A stretch of 64,000 bases of DNA from Chrysomallon squamiferum (lineage: Eukaryota; Animalia; Mollusca), in contig CM022676.1 of assembly GCA_012295275.1 (NCBI GenBank), positions 1,798,001 to 1,862,000 of the forward strand, read 5' to 3'. Position numbers and translations under genes: made by a program. The notes under the pieces are model-generated. The model was not told the origin of the DNA. It searched no databases and worked only from the letters and a program-made list of their open reading frames with translations. Below are positions 42,001 through 56,460 of this stretch, one piece after another (position 1 is the first letter of the stretch; the number at the start of each line of letters is the position of its first letter).

Positions 42001-44213
42001 TTTTTGCGATTGAAAATGTGAACTATTATTTTGCTATATTTTACAGTTATATTTTATAAAATTAAGAAATAATTTTTCAGAAAAACAACAAACCCCTGCA
42101 AAAAAAAAAAAAAAAAAAAAAAAAAACACAAGAAAGATAGAATAAAAAAGTAAAAAAGGAATTATTTTGTTTACATCTAAACATTTAAAATTTAAAAGCT
42201 TTTTGTTTTGTTTTTAAGATTTTGTCTTTGTTTATAAGTAACAGAAATGAAGGAAAATTGCAGTATTTGATTCTTTGAATAATTATTATTTTAACAGTAA
42301 AAACAACAACAGTAATAATAAACATATTTATAGGTATCAAGAGTCAAGTTCTGACCAGTTCTCTGATTCGGACCAGCCTTGCACAAACCAACAAAACTAC
42401 CCAGCAGGTAGAAATAGGAGTCGACTAACACGAGAACGACGTGAACTAGAGGGCGCTAGTAGTGACAGCCCGTCAAGTCAAAGGCTGAGTCCACGAACAG
42501 CATTAAAATTTGAAACATCGGATGTTGTCACCCCACCCCCTCGGAGCAGGTCCACAGATTCTGTATCCAGTAAGCAGTGCATTGCTATGTAGAAACCTTC
42601 ATGTTACTGTTTTATATGTTTATTTTTATATGTTATATTATATTACATTGAATTTTTCAGACACTTCCAGGCAAATTTAGATATTAGTTATGTTGATCAG
42701 TGTTTAATATAGTAATCTTGTAGCTTATGTTTCAGATTAAATAATTAGTATTGCTACGTCATTGTTTACACAATGTGCTGTATAGGTTATGCTCAGACAT
42801 ATGTATGTTTAACTCATGTAAGACTTTGTATAATGATCCAGTGTAAGTCATGGTATGTGTCTGTGCTTATTAAACATTATGTTTTATAATTCAGAAAAAG
42901 AAATGTGTTTTGACTTTGAAAATATAACTGTTACATTAAACTAGTGATTCCTTTTAAATTTTGACAATTACTAATTTTTATCCTGTGATTTACCTAATCA
43001 TATTTTATAATATTATTATAACTTTAAAACTGTAACTCACGTTTATGGTTTTATTCAAAATTGTGATAGCTAAATCAAATTTGCCAGTGAGGTTAAAAAA
43101 ATTGTTATTATAACTTCACAGTAACAATAGTAATAGTTATTTTGAAAGTGATAGTCACATTTCAAAAATGACAATATTTTTATGTTAATACATCTTATAA
43201 GCTTTACATTCTGTAACAAGTTACAAAACAAATTTAAAAAGAGAACACATATATCTCTAAATTAAAAGATACATTTTTAACCAGTTTGTTATTTCCTATG
43301 TTACAGAGGACCTGCACAATGTAACTGTGGAAATGGAGAGGCTGGAAAAAGCACATATTGATGAGTTGACGGCAAATGTGAAAGAAACGAGAGCTGAACT
43401 GCTTAGACTGCAAGACTTGGTAATAGAAGTATTATAGTAGAATTAAAACTTCTTGCAGATGGGTGCATCACATATTAAAGTTAAAAATGACAATCCTTAT
43501 GAGGATGGTACATCAAATATTACAATTACAACCTGAATATAAAAATATTACTATTGCATTGAGGCATTTATATCAGATATTAATGTAAAAATTAAGACCT
43601 ATGTAAGGAGGATATATAAAATATGGTAAAATAACAGTCTATGCTAGGAGGGTTTTCCAAGTAAAGTAAAACTTCATGAGAATAGGATATATCTGATACA
43701 GTAAAACTACAACCTCTGTGAGGAAGGTATATCAAATATTACATTAAAATGTTCTGGTGGAGGGAAAATACATTAATTCATTTAAAAAAAATGTATTTAT
43801 TCTGATTGTAAGCTTAATGCTACCTCAGAGAAAAAAATAATTAAATAGATTTTCTGTCATGATTATGTTCATCATCTTTCTGGTATAGTTTGTTAAGATT
43901 TTTATTAATGACTGATATTTTCTGAACTTCTGTTTCAGTTGCTGTGTGGAGAGCACTCTGAAGGTCAAGTTGTTTTTAATGAAGTTTTTGAAGGAGACAC
44001 TCCCAGTGAGAAAATAGTACGTTTGACTTAATCCTGAACTTGAGTTATTTTCTAATAGATCTATCACATTATCAATCATTCTTCACTGATTCTGAAATAT
44101 GTATATCTCAGTCTTGCTCTCTATGTTTATAATTAGCTTCCTCAATGCCTGTTTATCTAGTTTTCTGTGTATGTATATAAATTTGTGTTTGTGTTTGTGT
44201 TTGTGTGTGTGTG

Positions 44214-44262
<49 letters not shown>

Positions 44263-44343
44263 TAGCTGTGTATGTCAAATGGCTGTCTGGCTGTCTTTCT
44301 GAGTCTTAACATTTATTTGTTGATACTTTCATATGGATTCATA

Positions 44344-44436
<93 letters not shown>

Positions 44437-44955
44437 AGTCTGTGTGTTTGAACCTATCTATATGTCTGTTCTGTGTGTATATATAAATGATGTATGTAAT
44501 ATATAAATGCACATAATATATATTAGGTTGTCCTGAGAAGTCGATTACAACAAGTTTCTGAAGTTTCCAACAATCTGAGAGAAGAACTTTCTAGAACAAA
44601 AAATGAATGTTTGCAGTTAGAGGGAACAAAGGTATGATTTAAAATACATAATTAACACCCAGTAATAAAAAAAAAGCAAAAGAAAAACTAACAAAAGCAA
44701 CAACATCAAATAAAAACAAAATTAGAAAAAAAATAAACATAAGAAATGTTATTAAAGTATGACTTTGTCACAGAAAAGGCCTAAATTATAAATGTCATTG
44801 TTTCTTATGACTAATCTTTCCTTGTAATAAAGATAACAACCTATTAAGAAAGCTATTAGGATGACATTTTTCACTTCCTTCATACTTTAATTTATAAATT
44901 GAACTGTAAAATAGACTAGATCAAATTATTAAATAAATGTTTTGTCTGGTATAAA

Positions 44956-44999
<44 letters not shown>

Positions 45000-46050
45000 G
45001 ATATATAGATATGTCTATCCATCTATCCATCTATCTATCTGTGTCTGTATCTATATCTAGCTATCTATAATAATCATAATAAAACTAATAGAAAAAGATA
45101 TTAACCCATCAGTTTCTTTTGTGTATCTTGTTATTACAGTTTTAAAAGCTCTTTCTGAATTGTTTAATGTCTCTGTGTAATCAGTGATTTTTAAAAATTA
45201 TTTATTCTTATTACAGGCAGGTTTGCAGCAGCGCCTTATTGACCAAGATGCACGAATTAGTGAACTGAAAACAGAACTGCTGAAAAGAGATTTTGAAAGA
45301 GAAAATTTTCTAGCTGAAAAAGTTAGTATTTATTAGTTTACAGCATTTAAAAATCTACTTTTTATATATTTTTAAATATTGCATAATTATTACATTTTGA
45401 TATTGGTATATGTTTTTTATTTAATAAAAAGTCTTTTAAAAAAATGATGTTACTGTTTTTGATATTTGCAGTGAGGTGATCATGTATTTTAATTTATCAG
45501 TTTTAACTTTATTTGTCATCTTTGTCTTCTTACTATTATTCATTACTTTCAACAGTATCATTGTCATCATCATTATTATCATCAACATTATCTATCACCC
45601 ATCATCATCATCATTATTACTATTATTTTCATTAATATTATTATTATTATTTGTATTGTTATTATCACTATTATTACATTCTAAATAGTTCATAATAATT
45701 CACTTCAATAAATAATAGATTATTAATACTGTTTATGCAGTTCACTGAATTTTAATTTTAATTTTTCTGTGTGTTTCAGGCTGCACTGGTACAACAGTTT
45801 AAAGAAAAGGACAAACTGATTGCTGATCTTAGAGTATGTACTTTTTATATCTAATTGGGCTAATGATAAGTGTCTTTCAGGTTTCTTCTGATTTTTTTTA
45901 ACAATTTGTTAACTTGTAAAATTAAAACATTTCTTAAATCTGACATATCAGTTATTTTTTATCTGCCTGACTGACTGTGTCCATCTGTCAATCTATGTAT
46001 CTATCTATGTATCTATATTGACTTCAAAGTTAAAGTTTTTTTTTTATATA

Positions 46051-46124
<74 letters not shown>

Positions 46125-48287
46125 TATATATATATATATATTTTAAAACTTTATTTTGTATAACAAATCTCTACATACTTATTTTAATTTCAAAGTTAAA
46201 AGATTTGTTTTATAATATAACAAATTTATATAATGAGTTTAATTTCATAGTTATAAATTTATTTTATTATATGACATATCTCTGTATAAGTTTTATTTTC
46301 AAAATTGCATTATTTAATGTCAAAATGTCCAACATGTTAAACATTTTTTAAAAAACATCTGCTGAAAAATATATAATTGTGAAATGTACAGAGAGATTTG
46401 GCGAAAAGAGATGAAAAACTTGATCAGCTTCAACATGATGTTCGTAACGAGTTACAGGAGAAAGAACAGACCAATCAGAATCTAAAATCACGAATTGTCG
46501 AACTTCATAACAAACTGAGAGTGGTGGGAGAGACTGGGGTAAGATATCAGTATCATCATAACTTGGTAGGCGAGACTGGCTTATTGTATCTGTATAATTA
46601 TAATTCTGTAGGAGATATGGATATAACAGTAAAATTATAATTTGGTAGGAGAAACTGGTATGATTATCATTATATTTATGATAGTATAGGGGATATGTGG
46701 TAATATTAAATTATAATTTTATAATTATAATTCTGTAGGGATATATGTAGAATAGTAAAATTATAATTTGATAGGAGAAATGGGTATGATTATCATTATA
46801 ATTATAATAATGTGTATAACAGTAAAATTATAATCAGTATGAGAAACTGGGGTATGATATCAGAATAATTATAATCATGAAATGAAAATTATAAGAGAAA
46901 TATGGATATCATATCATTCTGTGGTAAACTTTAATTAAATTGGATACATACCAGACTGAAAACTTCATACTCCTATTATAATCATGTTCTCAAGTCCTGA
47001 TAAATACCAGTTTTATTTATTTCATCAGAAATTTAAAATCCTTTGGCAGTTAATCTAAAGATGGCAGGATGGTATAACTAACTGAGTTGATGTTAGAAAA
47101 CAACAACAAATTTTGCAAATCGCTTGTTCAATGTAGGTTTTTTTTTCATTATCAGTTTTTATCTTGCTGAATATTGAAACTGTTTTTATTTCCAGGATTC
47201 CCTGTCTCAGCGAGTTGAATCTCAGGACAAGAAAATGGCCAGACTTGCAGGAAGAATCTTCCACGCCCAGCCAGAGAGTAACAGACAGTCCTCAAACAAA
47301 ACACAGGTGAGTTGTGCTCACTTTGAACAACACCTCCATAGGGTGAATGAACCTGGTTAATGCTTAGCACATGTCAGAGAAAGCAGAGATGTTTTCATTT
47401 AATGTGTTACTAGAAATATTTTTTACCTATCACTTACATGACATCCTACATAGTCAAGGACTTCATAGAGAAACAAAGAGGAACCCAGACTATGCTTTTT
47501 TGCTTTGCAGCAAATAATTTGTTACATCTTCTTGAAGATTTGAATCGAATACGTCGAATACGTGAAATTTGTTAAATTATTAGTTTCTTTCTTTCTTTAA
47601 TTTTAACTTTATTTTATTACTATTATTTGTTGTTATTGAAATTTGTATAACTAATTAGCTACTGCTACAACTATTGCTGCTATTACTATTATTACTACAC
47701 CACACTGTTACTACTACAACTACTGTTACTATTACTACTGTTGCTGTTGCTGCTACTACCAGAGAAAAACAGCACACACCATTAACAACAACAACAACAA
47801 CAGTAACAAAAAGTACTACTACAATTACAATCTGTTTTGTTACTGTTGTTATCATATTACACTTGTCGTTAATTTTATTCTCATTATTATAAATGTTATT
47901 AGTGTTATCATCATCATTAGTATGGTTATTAGTACTGTTATGTTATTATTTTGTAATAATAATAATAATAATAACAACAATGTTATTATTATAAAATTTA
48001 ATTTAAAAAAAATGTTTTAAAATATTAATTATTGTGTTGGTTATTATAATCATTTATTTTAATTTATCAGTTTTTGCTGTGTGTTTTCTTCTTCGTATCA
48101 TTATTTTCAAGATTGTCATCATCATCATTATCATTTTCATTTCATTATCTTCATTTCATCTTTATTCATTGCATTTATCATTATCTTCATATTTCAGCAA
48201 CATAATCATCATACCACCACCATTTTCACTTATTATTTTATAATAATATTATTATTTTTTTATTATTATTATTATTACTACTACTAC

Positions 48288-48373
<86 letters not shown>

Positions 48374-49931
48374 TTATTATTATTGTTGTTGTTGTTGTTG
48401 TTGTTGTTACTAACAGAGTGCAGATGAGTTACAGATGATTCGGGAGTCACTACAAAGTTTACGACTACACATGCCTTCCTCTGATCCACAACATCACGTG
48501 CTGGACACGCTGGAACACAACATTGCCTTGTTGTTAAACGCCAACCGCAGCACCACTGCTAGCCAGTCACAGGTATTGTTGCATACTACTCACAGCACCA
48601 TAAACAGCCAGTCATAGTTATTGCTACATGGGATCTGCAGCAACCCAACAAACTTATCATAGATACTGATATTATTTATTAAAAACACAAGCCAATCACA
48701 GACAATGTCACTGTTAATAAAAACACAATAAGCCCATCATGGATTTTGTTTCATAATTATAAGTGGTGACTTCCACCAAGTATAGTTAATTAGCAAGTTG
48801 CATGAAAGCCAGTAATACAGTGATAAACAGCCAATCAATGATACTGTTACATATTAACTACAGTGGCACAGCAAGCCAGACGTAGTGTTGTTATATGATG
48901 ATGACAATAGCAGTACCACACATATTGTACATAACCAGCCAATTGTAGATCTTGTAGAAATATAATCTTTTGCCATTCACTACTGTTACACACCACTGAC
49001 AGTGTCCTTGTCTGACTGACATATTGTTTGATTTGTATTTTCAGAAACCAAGAAGTGGTTCCCCTAAACGTCTGAACTATGAAAAACCAAAACCAGCAGA
49101 AATGAGAAAACCATATCCAACACAAAGTATGTAGAGCAGAATTGTTGTAAAGTTCATTGCAGTGTACACTGTTATGATAGAAACAAACAGCAAACATTCT
49201 TTTTAGTGTCATTAGCATGATAATTCATTTTAACTTTAAGAAAAAGTTGAAAGAATGGCAGTTGTTTTTTAATTTATTCATTATAGTAATTTATGTGGTC
49301 TTGATTGAAAACCTCTTTGAATTGATTTTGCTTTTATTACTGTTTTTGATTTTGTTAATATTGTTGTTCTTGAATCTTCTCTGCTTTTATCATCTGTGGT
49401 TTTTTTGTTGTTTTTCCTTCCTTCTGTTTAATAATATTCCAGTTTTAAGTTTCCAACCACTCTCAGCATTGTAACATAAATATCAACAACATCTGTATAA
49501 CAACAACTACTACTGATATTACTACAACTACTGTTCTGTTTTTATTACACTATTACTACTGTTACTACCATTAAGTACTAATCTACTAAATACTTCTATT
49601 TTTGTTAATAATACTGTTACTAGTTTTTTTATGATTGTTACATATACTACTACTTCTACTAATACTATTACCATTGCCATCACTAGAACTACTACTACCA
49701 CTAACTACTACTACTATCATTAGTATCACTTATATTACTACTACAGTTAGTTCTATTACTGTCGTTAAATCTACTACTATTACTACTTCAGGTATTTGTA
49801 CACTACTACTCCTACTACTATTGCTGCTAACACCACCACGACTACTACTACTTCTACTACTACTACTTCTACTACTACTACTACTTCTACTACTTCTACT
49901 ACTATTACTACTACTACTACTACTACTACTT

Positions 49932-49968
<37 letters not shown>

Positions 49969-50833
49969 AACCACTACTACTGTTACCATTACAGGTTCCA
50001 GTTTTCCAGTGAATGAGTTGAATAGTACACCTACCAATGGACAGTTATGTACTAAAGTTCTGTATTTCACAGAGCAGGCAGTCACTCCATTCATGGGAAC
50101 TATACACAAAAGGTGAAACATAGCCGTAATTTTAAAATGCATTAGACAACCTCTACACTTCAGTTTGATTTTGTTGATGTACAGAATGTTTTGTGAAAAA
50201 TTTCACTGTGTTTGTGATGGTTTGTACGTATGTGCATGTGCACGAACACATATATGTTTGTGTGTGTGTGCACGCACATGTGTTTTATCAGGGTGTGTTT
50301 GTACATACAGAGCTGCATGTTTGTGTGTTTTTGTGTATTTCAATGCAGGTGATTTATAGATTTCTATGTATTTATATCTGTATTTATATGCATGTGTATA
50401 TGCACACATTGAATGCCTTTTCACATGCACGTGTCTATGTTTATTTCATTCTTTGTTTATCATTATTTTAATATTTTCATTTCATTTTAGATCAAATAGT
50501 TATTAATATTATCATCATCAACATTTTATAACAAGAACAAATAAATGTTTCCAAATTTGCAGATGTTGTGAAACAACACTGATTTTAGACTGGTATTTTG
50601 ACAGTGGTCTTTTAATTTCTTAATTATTCATGTTTTCCAGGTTAGGGGAGATTACTCTGAAAGACTTGAAATCAATGTTTGACCGGCCTGGTGCTTACAA
50701 ATACCATTTCAAAGCACTGGATCCTGAGTACGGAACAGTGAAAGAGGAACTGCACTATGACGATGATGTAATACCAGGCTGGGAAGGGAAGATAGTCGCA
50801 TGGATTGAAGAGGTTCATGGGACACCATGCTGA
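32050..50833 (+). CDS. DIXDC1: Dixin (CH domain + coiled coil + C-terminal DIX domain), ~706 aa
   Basis: Exons 32050-32139, 34561-34690, 35354-35479, 35635-35774, 36664-36758, (37554-37595), 42334-42569, 43307-43419, 43939-44016, 44527-44631, 45217-45321, 45780-45833, 46392-46538, 47196-47306, 48417-48572, 49045-49126, 49995-50112, 50641-50833. All GT-AG and phase-compatible, 2121 nt. Motifs [98 protein letters not shown]. Confidence 0.95.
35794..36271. repeat. Compound (ATAC/AC/AT)n microsatellite, one of many simple repeats ((GA)n 8452, 8958, 19282; (TC)n 12670, 39000; (TA)n 13420, 23673; (TG)n 16511; (TAC/TAT)n 34950-35340, 48260, 49800; (CTATA)n 7555, 15880, 16680)
   Basis: Directly visible simple repeats; they account for most of the spurious low-complexity ORFs in the track. 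Confidence 0.95.
36430..36690 (+). repeat. 82-bp tandem repeat (3 copies plus a remnant) containing a Dixin splice acceptor and exon start
   Basis: TTCAG|G(A/G)AGC(C/A)TCAGCAGCTTTGGCAGA(C/T)GC, with the post-AG base at 36500, 36582 and 36664. Confidence 0.9.
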
Positions 50834-53800
50834 CTGTTGCCTTGGAAACCACTTCTGTTTTTTAAAAACCTTAGTCAGTTAATACAATATTCTCAGCCTT
50901 GTTGATGATTTTCATATCAAAAGAATTGGTGTATCATAAAATTCTGAGAGACAAACTAGTTGGACACATACATAGAGCATATAGCAACACATCCTGCTTA
51001 CTGGTCTGTGCACTTACCAATCTGCTGCCATTCTGCATGTGCATTTCACTCAGACTCATCTGCATTACTGTCACATGATTATCAAAATTGCTATCCTTTT
51101 CCAGAATACTCTGAACGAAAAGAAATGATGGACTGAAATAGGAAATGATTATATCAATATTTAAGATTTGAAAATGAGAATCAAATTTTACAGTGGTGCT
51201 TTTATAAAAAAAAATGTAAATTAAGAAAAAAAGAAAATTATCTGTTTTAAGAAGCCAGGACAGTTGAAAAGTAAGATTTGAAAATGCAGTCTTACTCTTA
51301 AAATCGTAACGTTATAAAAACAGATCTGAGATTAATAATTCAAAAACATGTAACTGACTGAAAACCTTTTTCAAATTATTTGGAATCTCAGTGTTAGAAG
51401 CTGAATGATGGAAGCAAGTGGAACTTAAATTACATTTTTTATATGAAAAATAACTATTTAAAAACATATTTCAGGTTAAAACAAGCCAAATTATCCTTAC
51501 AACATAAGTTCAACAGAAGCTTTCTTTAATCCAGATATTCAAAATAAAATCATGGAAAAATAAATGGAAACCACACTATAAAATTATAAATAATTTATAT
51601 TATTTCATTCCAGGAGTTATTTCTCTAGTTAATGTTTAATTGAAGATTTCATGAGCTTGTCAGATTAAATTAACTTGAGAAATATTTTCTCTGCTATGTA
51701 TTTGTTGTTGCAATAATGTGGATTATTTCATTCCAGGAGTTTTCTATTTATTTCTATTCTTAATGTATAATTGCTGCTTCACTGAACTGATAGAATTAAC
51801 TTTATTTATTGCTGCAATATATTTGAATGTATCAGTTATTTATTTCATATTGCTGCATTTGATAACAAAGATATTTATTTATATGCCGATACTCTATCAC
51901 AGTCCTCATTATTATAATTTGTTACATTTTATTACAAACAGTCTGTTTGTTAAATATCAGTAATTGTCTCCCTTTATTACTATGCATCATGGATGACATT
52001 AATGGAGGTTTGAATCTATGAAATATGATCCAAGAATGTCTACTGAATAAGTATAGAGTACAAATAAAAAATAAAATATAAATAAATTGTGTATGCTTCA
52101 AGTTTAATTTGTTTCTGGTAACCAGTTTTAACTAATAACTAAGTATGACAACAAAAACTGCCAAAACAGATTTTATTTGCTTCCAAGTTACTGTTATCGG
52201 TTTTGGATAATTATTGTAATGAAGATAGAACATTTCAGGGTTTCTTTTCTTGACAAGTTCTAGCAACTTTGTCAGTAACTCAGGCTTGTAATAGGAAATA
52301 CCAGTCTTCTGTCATCATTGTAAGCTGCTTTTCTTTTCTATTTCTTCTTACATTATTATTATTAAGAAAAGGTGGTACCAAAGACATACAAAACAATAAC
52401 TTGGATGTAAATGTATTTAGGATGTTTAGATGTACCATCACAGGTATGTTAATAATGATATGATTTATGTTAATATTTTCAGGACTAATTAAAAATTGAT
52501 TCCTATAATATTTAATGTGTATCTGTTCTCTGGTATGGAAACAATCTTACATTGGTTTTTTCAAAAGAAAAAAATTAATAAACAAGAAATCTATAATAAT
52601 AATGATGATGAGGATGATGATAATGATAAACAAACAAGCAGATAAACAAACAAAGAAATAATGTTAAGTACAGTTTATTTTGAGACTAGTGAAATTTTGC
52701 TAGTCTGTAGTTTTAAGTGAAATATATTAATTGCAATAAATTAAACAAATAAAATTTAGAATGTCCAGTTTTAAAATGTATCTGTGATGGTAACCACAAA
52801 CAGCTTACTTACAGTTTTTATAATCCAAAGTGTTTTTATATATATGGTTTATAATGCCGTATGTGTTCATAGACAATAACAAAATTCAGTAGTTCAGTAG
52901 TAAAGCTATCTCAAAGTTTCTGAAGCAGTTTTTCTGATATTAATGGTGTCACCATTCCCATTGGATTTATTTCTGTGATGAATAATTCTAGCATTTGTGA
53001 TGATGTCATTCCAATGGAACTGTGATGTCATGAATAAATTAAGTGGTGTCATAAATAACAATAAGTGTGATGTCATGAATACATTAGGTTTTGATGACAT
53101 AAATGCATCTGGACTTTTTGGTTGGTGATGTCCTCTTAAACATTCAACTATGACATCATCAGCAGAAACTTGACTGTGATGTCACCACTGAATTAGTGAT
53201 ACCATCTTCTAAGCTTGTGATGTCACAAACTGAAAATGAAAAAGTGCAAAAAAAACTTTTCATGGCCTTGTTTTTGTTACTTTTTGCCTTAATGGTGGAT
53301 GTTTTTACAAAATATTATGAAGCTTTTGTTGTTATTTTTTATGCTTATGCAAATAAGTCTAACAATATTGTTGATGTATAATCTGTCTCAGTTTGTTCTC
53401 TCTTAATAGAATATATATATATATATATATAGTATATGTTGTAGGAACAGTGAAATCTCTTATTATTATCACAGACATTTTCACAAGTTTAATCTAATGC
53501 TGTTGAATAATTTGGTTTTTCATTAACACTAAAGACATATCATACACAATTCCATAAACTTCTGGGCTTTTTAGAGCGGGTTATTCTGTGTATTTTTTTT
53601 TTTTTATATGTTGTTAAATATTATTGGGCAACATATTTAAAGAAAGTAGAAGTGCTATTCTGGTAAATGTTAAAAACATGATTCTTATAACCAGTGAGTT
53701 CTGACAAGGACAGTATCAAAACCAGTTTAAACTAAACATTTATAAAAATAAAAATAATAACAAACAAAATTCAAAATAGCCACGTAATATGTAAAGATTT

Positions 53801-54851
53801 ACTTCCTTTTTTTTTGGTTGCCAAGTATTCAATTACTACATCTTTCACAAACATTTGCCTATCACAAAATAACTTTAATTCTTGCCTTTCATTGGTGGAT
53901 TTGTGTGTGTAGAATCTCGTTAATGTAAATGGTAGAGTAGATGTTAATTCTTGGTGTCTGTTAAATAGGTATTAATGTTTACTGATTATTTATTCTTCTT
54001 GCTCTTTCCATAGCTTTTATTATTATTCTCAGTGAGGTATTATTATTATTATTGTTGTTATTATATTTATTTATTATTCTTATTATTATTTTCATCATTA
54101 TTATTGTTAGTTATTTAAACACAAATTATTAATTATAATATTATTATTCCTATAAAACTACCTTCAGACTAAAAGTGCAAGTTGTGAATGAAATATTAAA
54201 TTAATATTGTATTGTGAGTTCCATTCACAGTCTTTCTCATTATTTTCCAAAATAAAAAAACCAGTTTCCAAATTTTAGATACATCATCACCCATATATTT
54301 TAGATAAGTGTTTATTAACTTGTATTTTTTTCTTCCTCCTGTTACCAGCATCATTAAAGATCTTCCTTCAGATGATTTAAATGTTTCTAGTCAGTTCACA
54401 AAATTTGTCATTTTAATCAAGAATTCATTTTTGTTATTTTTCTGCTCAAACCTTCAAATAATATGGTTAGCAGAAAGGGGAAAAAGAAAGAAAATTAAAA
54501 AACAAGAATCAAAATGTTATAAATTTGCACCTGTACCTAATAAAATAATTTATTGAAAGTTTAGTAGCAACGTTTATCATTTTTCTACTTATATTCATAT
54601 CACTGGATAACATATTATCATAATTACTAAGGAAATTCTAAAATTTCATCAGTTATTTAAGATATATCAAAAGATGACATCATTTTGCATTGCTAAATTT
54701 AGAATTATTCTTAGTTTGTTACAAGCCATTTCATTGGTCACTGAAGCATTCTGTTTTATAGGTTATTCAAATTATTAGCACACTGCCATTTTTGTTAGAA
54801 TTTGTTACTGAAAACTTTTCTTTAATAAAATTAATTATAAATCTTAAATAC

Positions 54852-54891
<40 letters not shown>

Positions 54892-55820
54892 GAAAGTTAT
54901 TTTAGTACCAAATATTTTAATTCTTTTAACATTTATTATAATTTGTATTGTTTTTAAGTGGCTTTCTAAATTAAGTTTATATGAATCTAAGATATTTTAT
55001 ATAAATTAGGTCTATATGAATGAAGTTAACATGTTTTATATATAAATTAGGTCTATATGAATCATAATAATATTTTGTGTAAAATATGTTTCAATGGTTT
55101 GTGTAACATGAAATTTTTTAATTTCAATCAATATAAATAAATTTGTTTACACATTTTTTTTTTTAATGAATTGGGCTAAAATGTAACACAGGCTTCTGTA
55201 AATCATGTTACACTGAAATATTTTTAGTTACTTTTGTAACATATTGGGGTAAAATCTTTATTTAATTTACCTCTGTACAAAAAATATTGGTTCAATATGG
55301 TTTTTTGAACATATCTCTACATTTTATATTTTAATTTTTTTTTTAGTTTAACTAAAACTGGCTGCATTTGCAACAGGGTAGATTTAACTTTTTATCTTTT
55401 ATTTTGTTATGTTATGGTCAGCTTTACTTGATCATAAAGTAAATAGCGTTATTTTGAAAATATTCTTTTTGAATGTGTCTTCAAGAGAGTCACTCCTATT
55501 TGTTGGCTCATCAATTATTTTTTATATTTTCACTATCCATTTTGTTGAAAGCAGAGGAGTAAGACAAGAAAAACAAGAAAAACAATTGGGATATTAGGTA
55601 ATTTCCTAATTCTCAAGCAAGAATGGTGCTTTTCTATTCAGGTAATAATTGTGTAAATGTTTGAATAAAAAACCTTAAATAAATAATTAAAGTAAATAAA
55701 CAGTGAATTAATTAAACAAATTAACAAAAAATCAATTCATAAATGATAATAAATGAAGATCATTTTAATTTTATAACGATGGTAAAAATATATTTACTTT
55801 CACTGAAATTAGCTTTTATT

Positions 55821-55855
<35 letters not shown>

Positions 55856-56417
55856 CTTACTTATTACATTAACAATTTAATTTTTTTTTCTTCTTTTATC
55901 CTAAAAATATTTAGAATCATTCCATTACAATAATTCCATACCTAAATTTATGATTTCGTTTTCAAGAAGAAATTTTACTTTATAATCTGTCAGTTCCTCT
56001 AGCTTTACTGTGCATATCAGGTAGATATTGCAGCACAGCACATTCCATAATATTATTTAAATAAATCACATTAATATTTGATTAATGAAAAAATAAAAAA
56101 TAAATTCTTACATACTATTAATTTAAACTGTAAGTGTATAATTCTGAAAAGAAGGTTAATTACTATTGTTGTTGTTATTATTATTATTATTATTGATCAG
56201 AAGTATTATAATCAAAATTAAGGAACTATCTGCTAGAGCTGAAATATATTTTAATCATGTACGCATGTGTGTGTGTGCAACAACACACACATAAAACACT
56301 GATCACCAGAAATGTTTTTATTAAGTTGGTCATCTTAACAATGTTTTTGAATATTACTTTATTTATTATGATAATAATTATAATACTAAATCAACATTAT
56401 ATATCTTGATGTATTTA

Positions 56418-56460
<43 letters not shown>

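Noticed and set aside
49796-49994. Poly-Thr mucin-like extension in frame with a Dixin exon
   Set aside because: Intronic (ACT)n repeat; a phase-compatible acceptor exists at 49993-49994.
52990-53230. CRISPR-like repeat-spacer appearance (also the 82-bp and 23-bp repeats)
   Set aside because: Eukaryotic context, repeats too short or degenerate, no unique fixed-length spacers and no cas genes.
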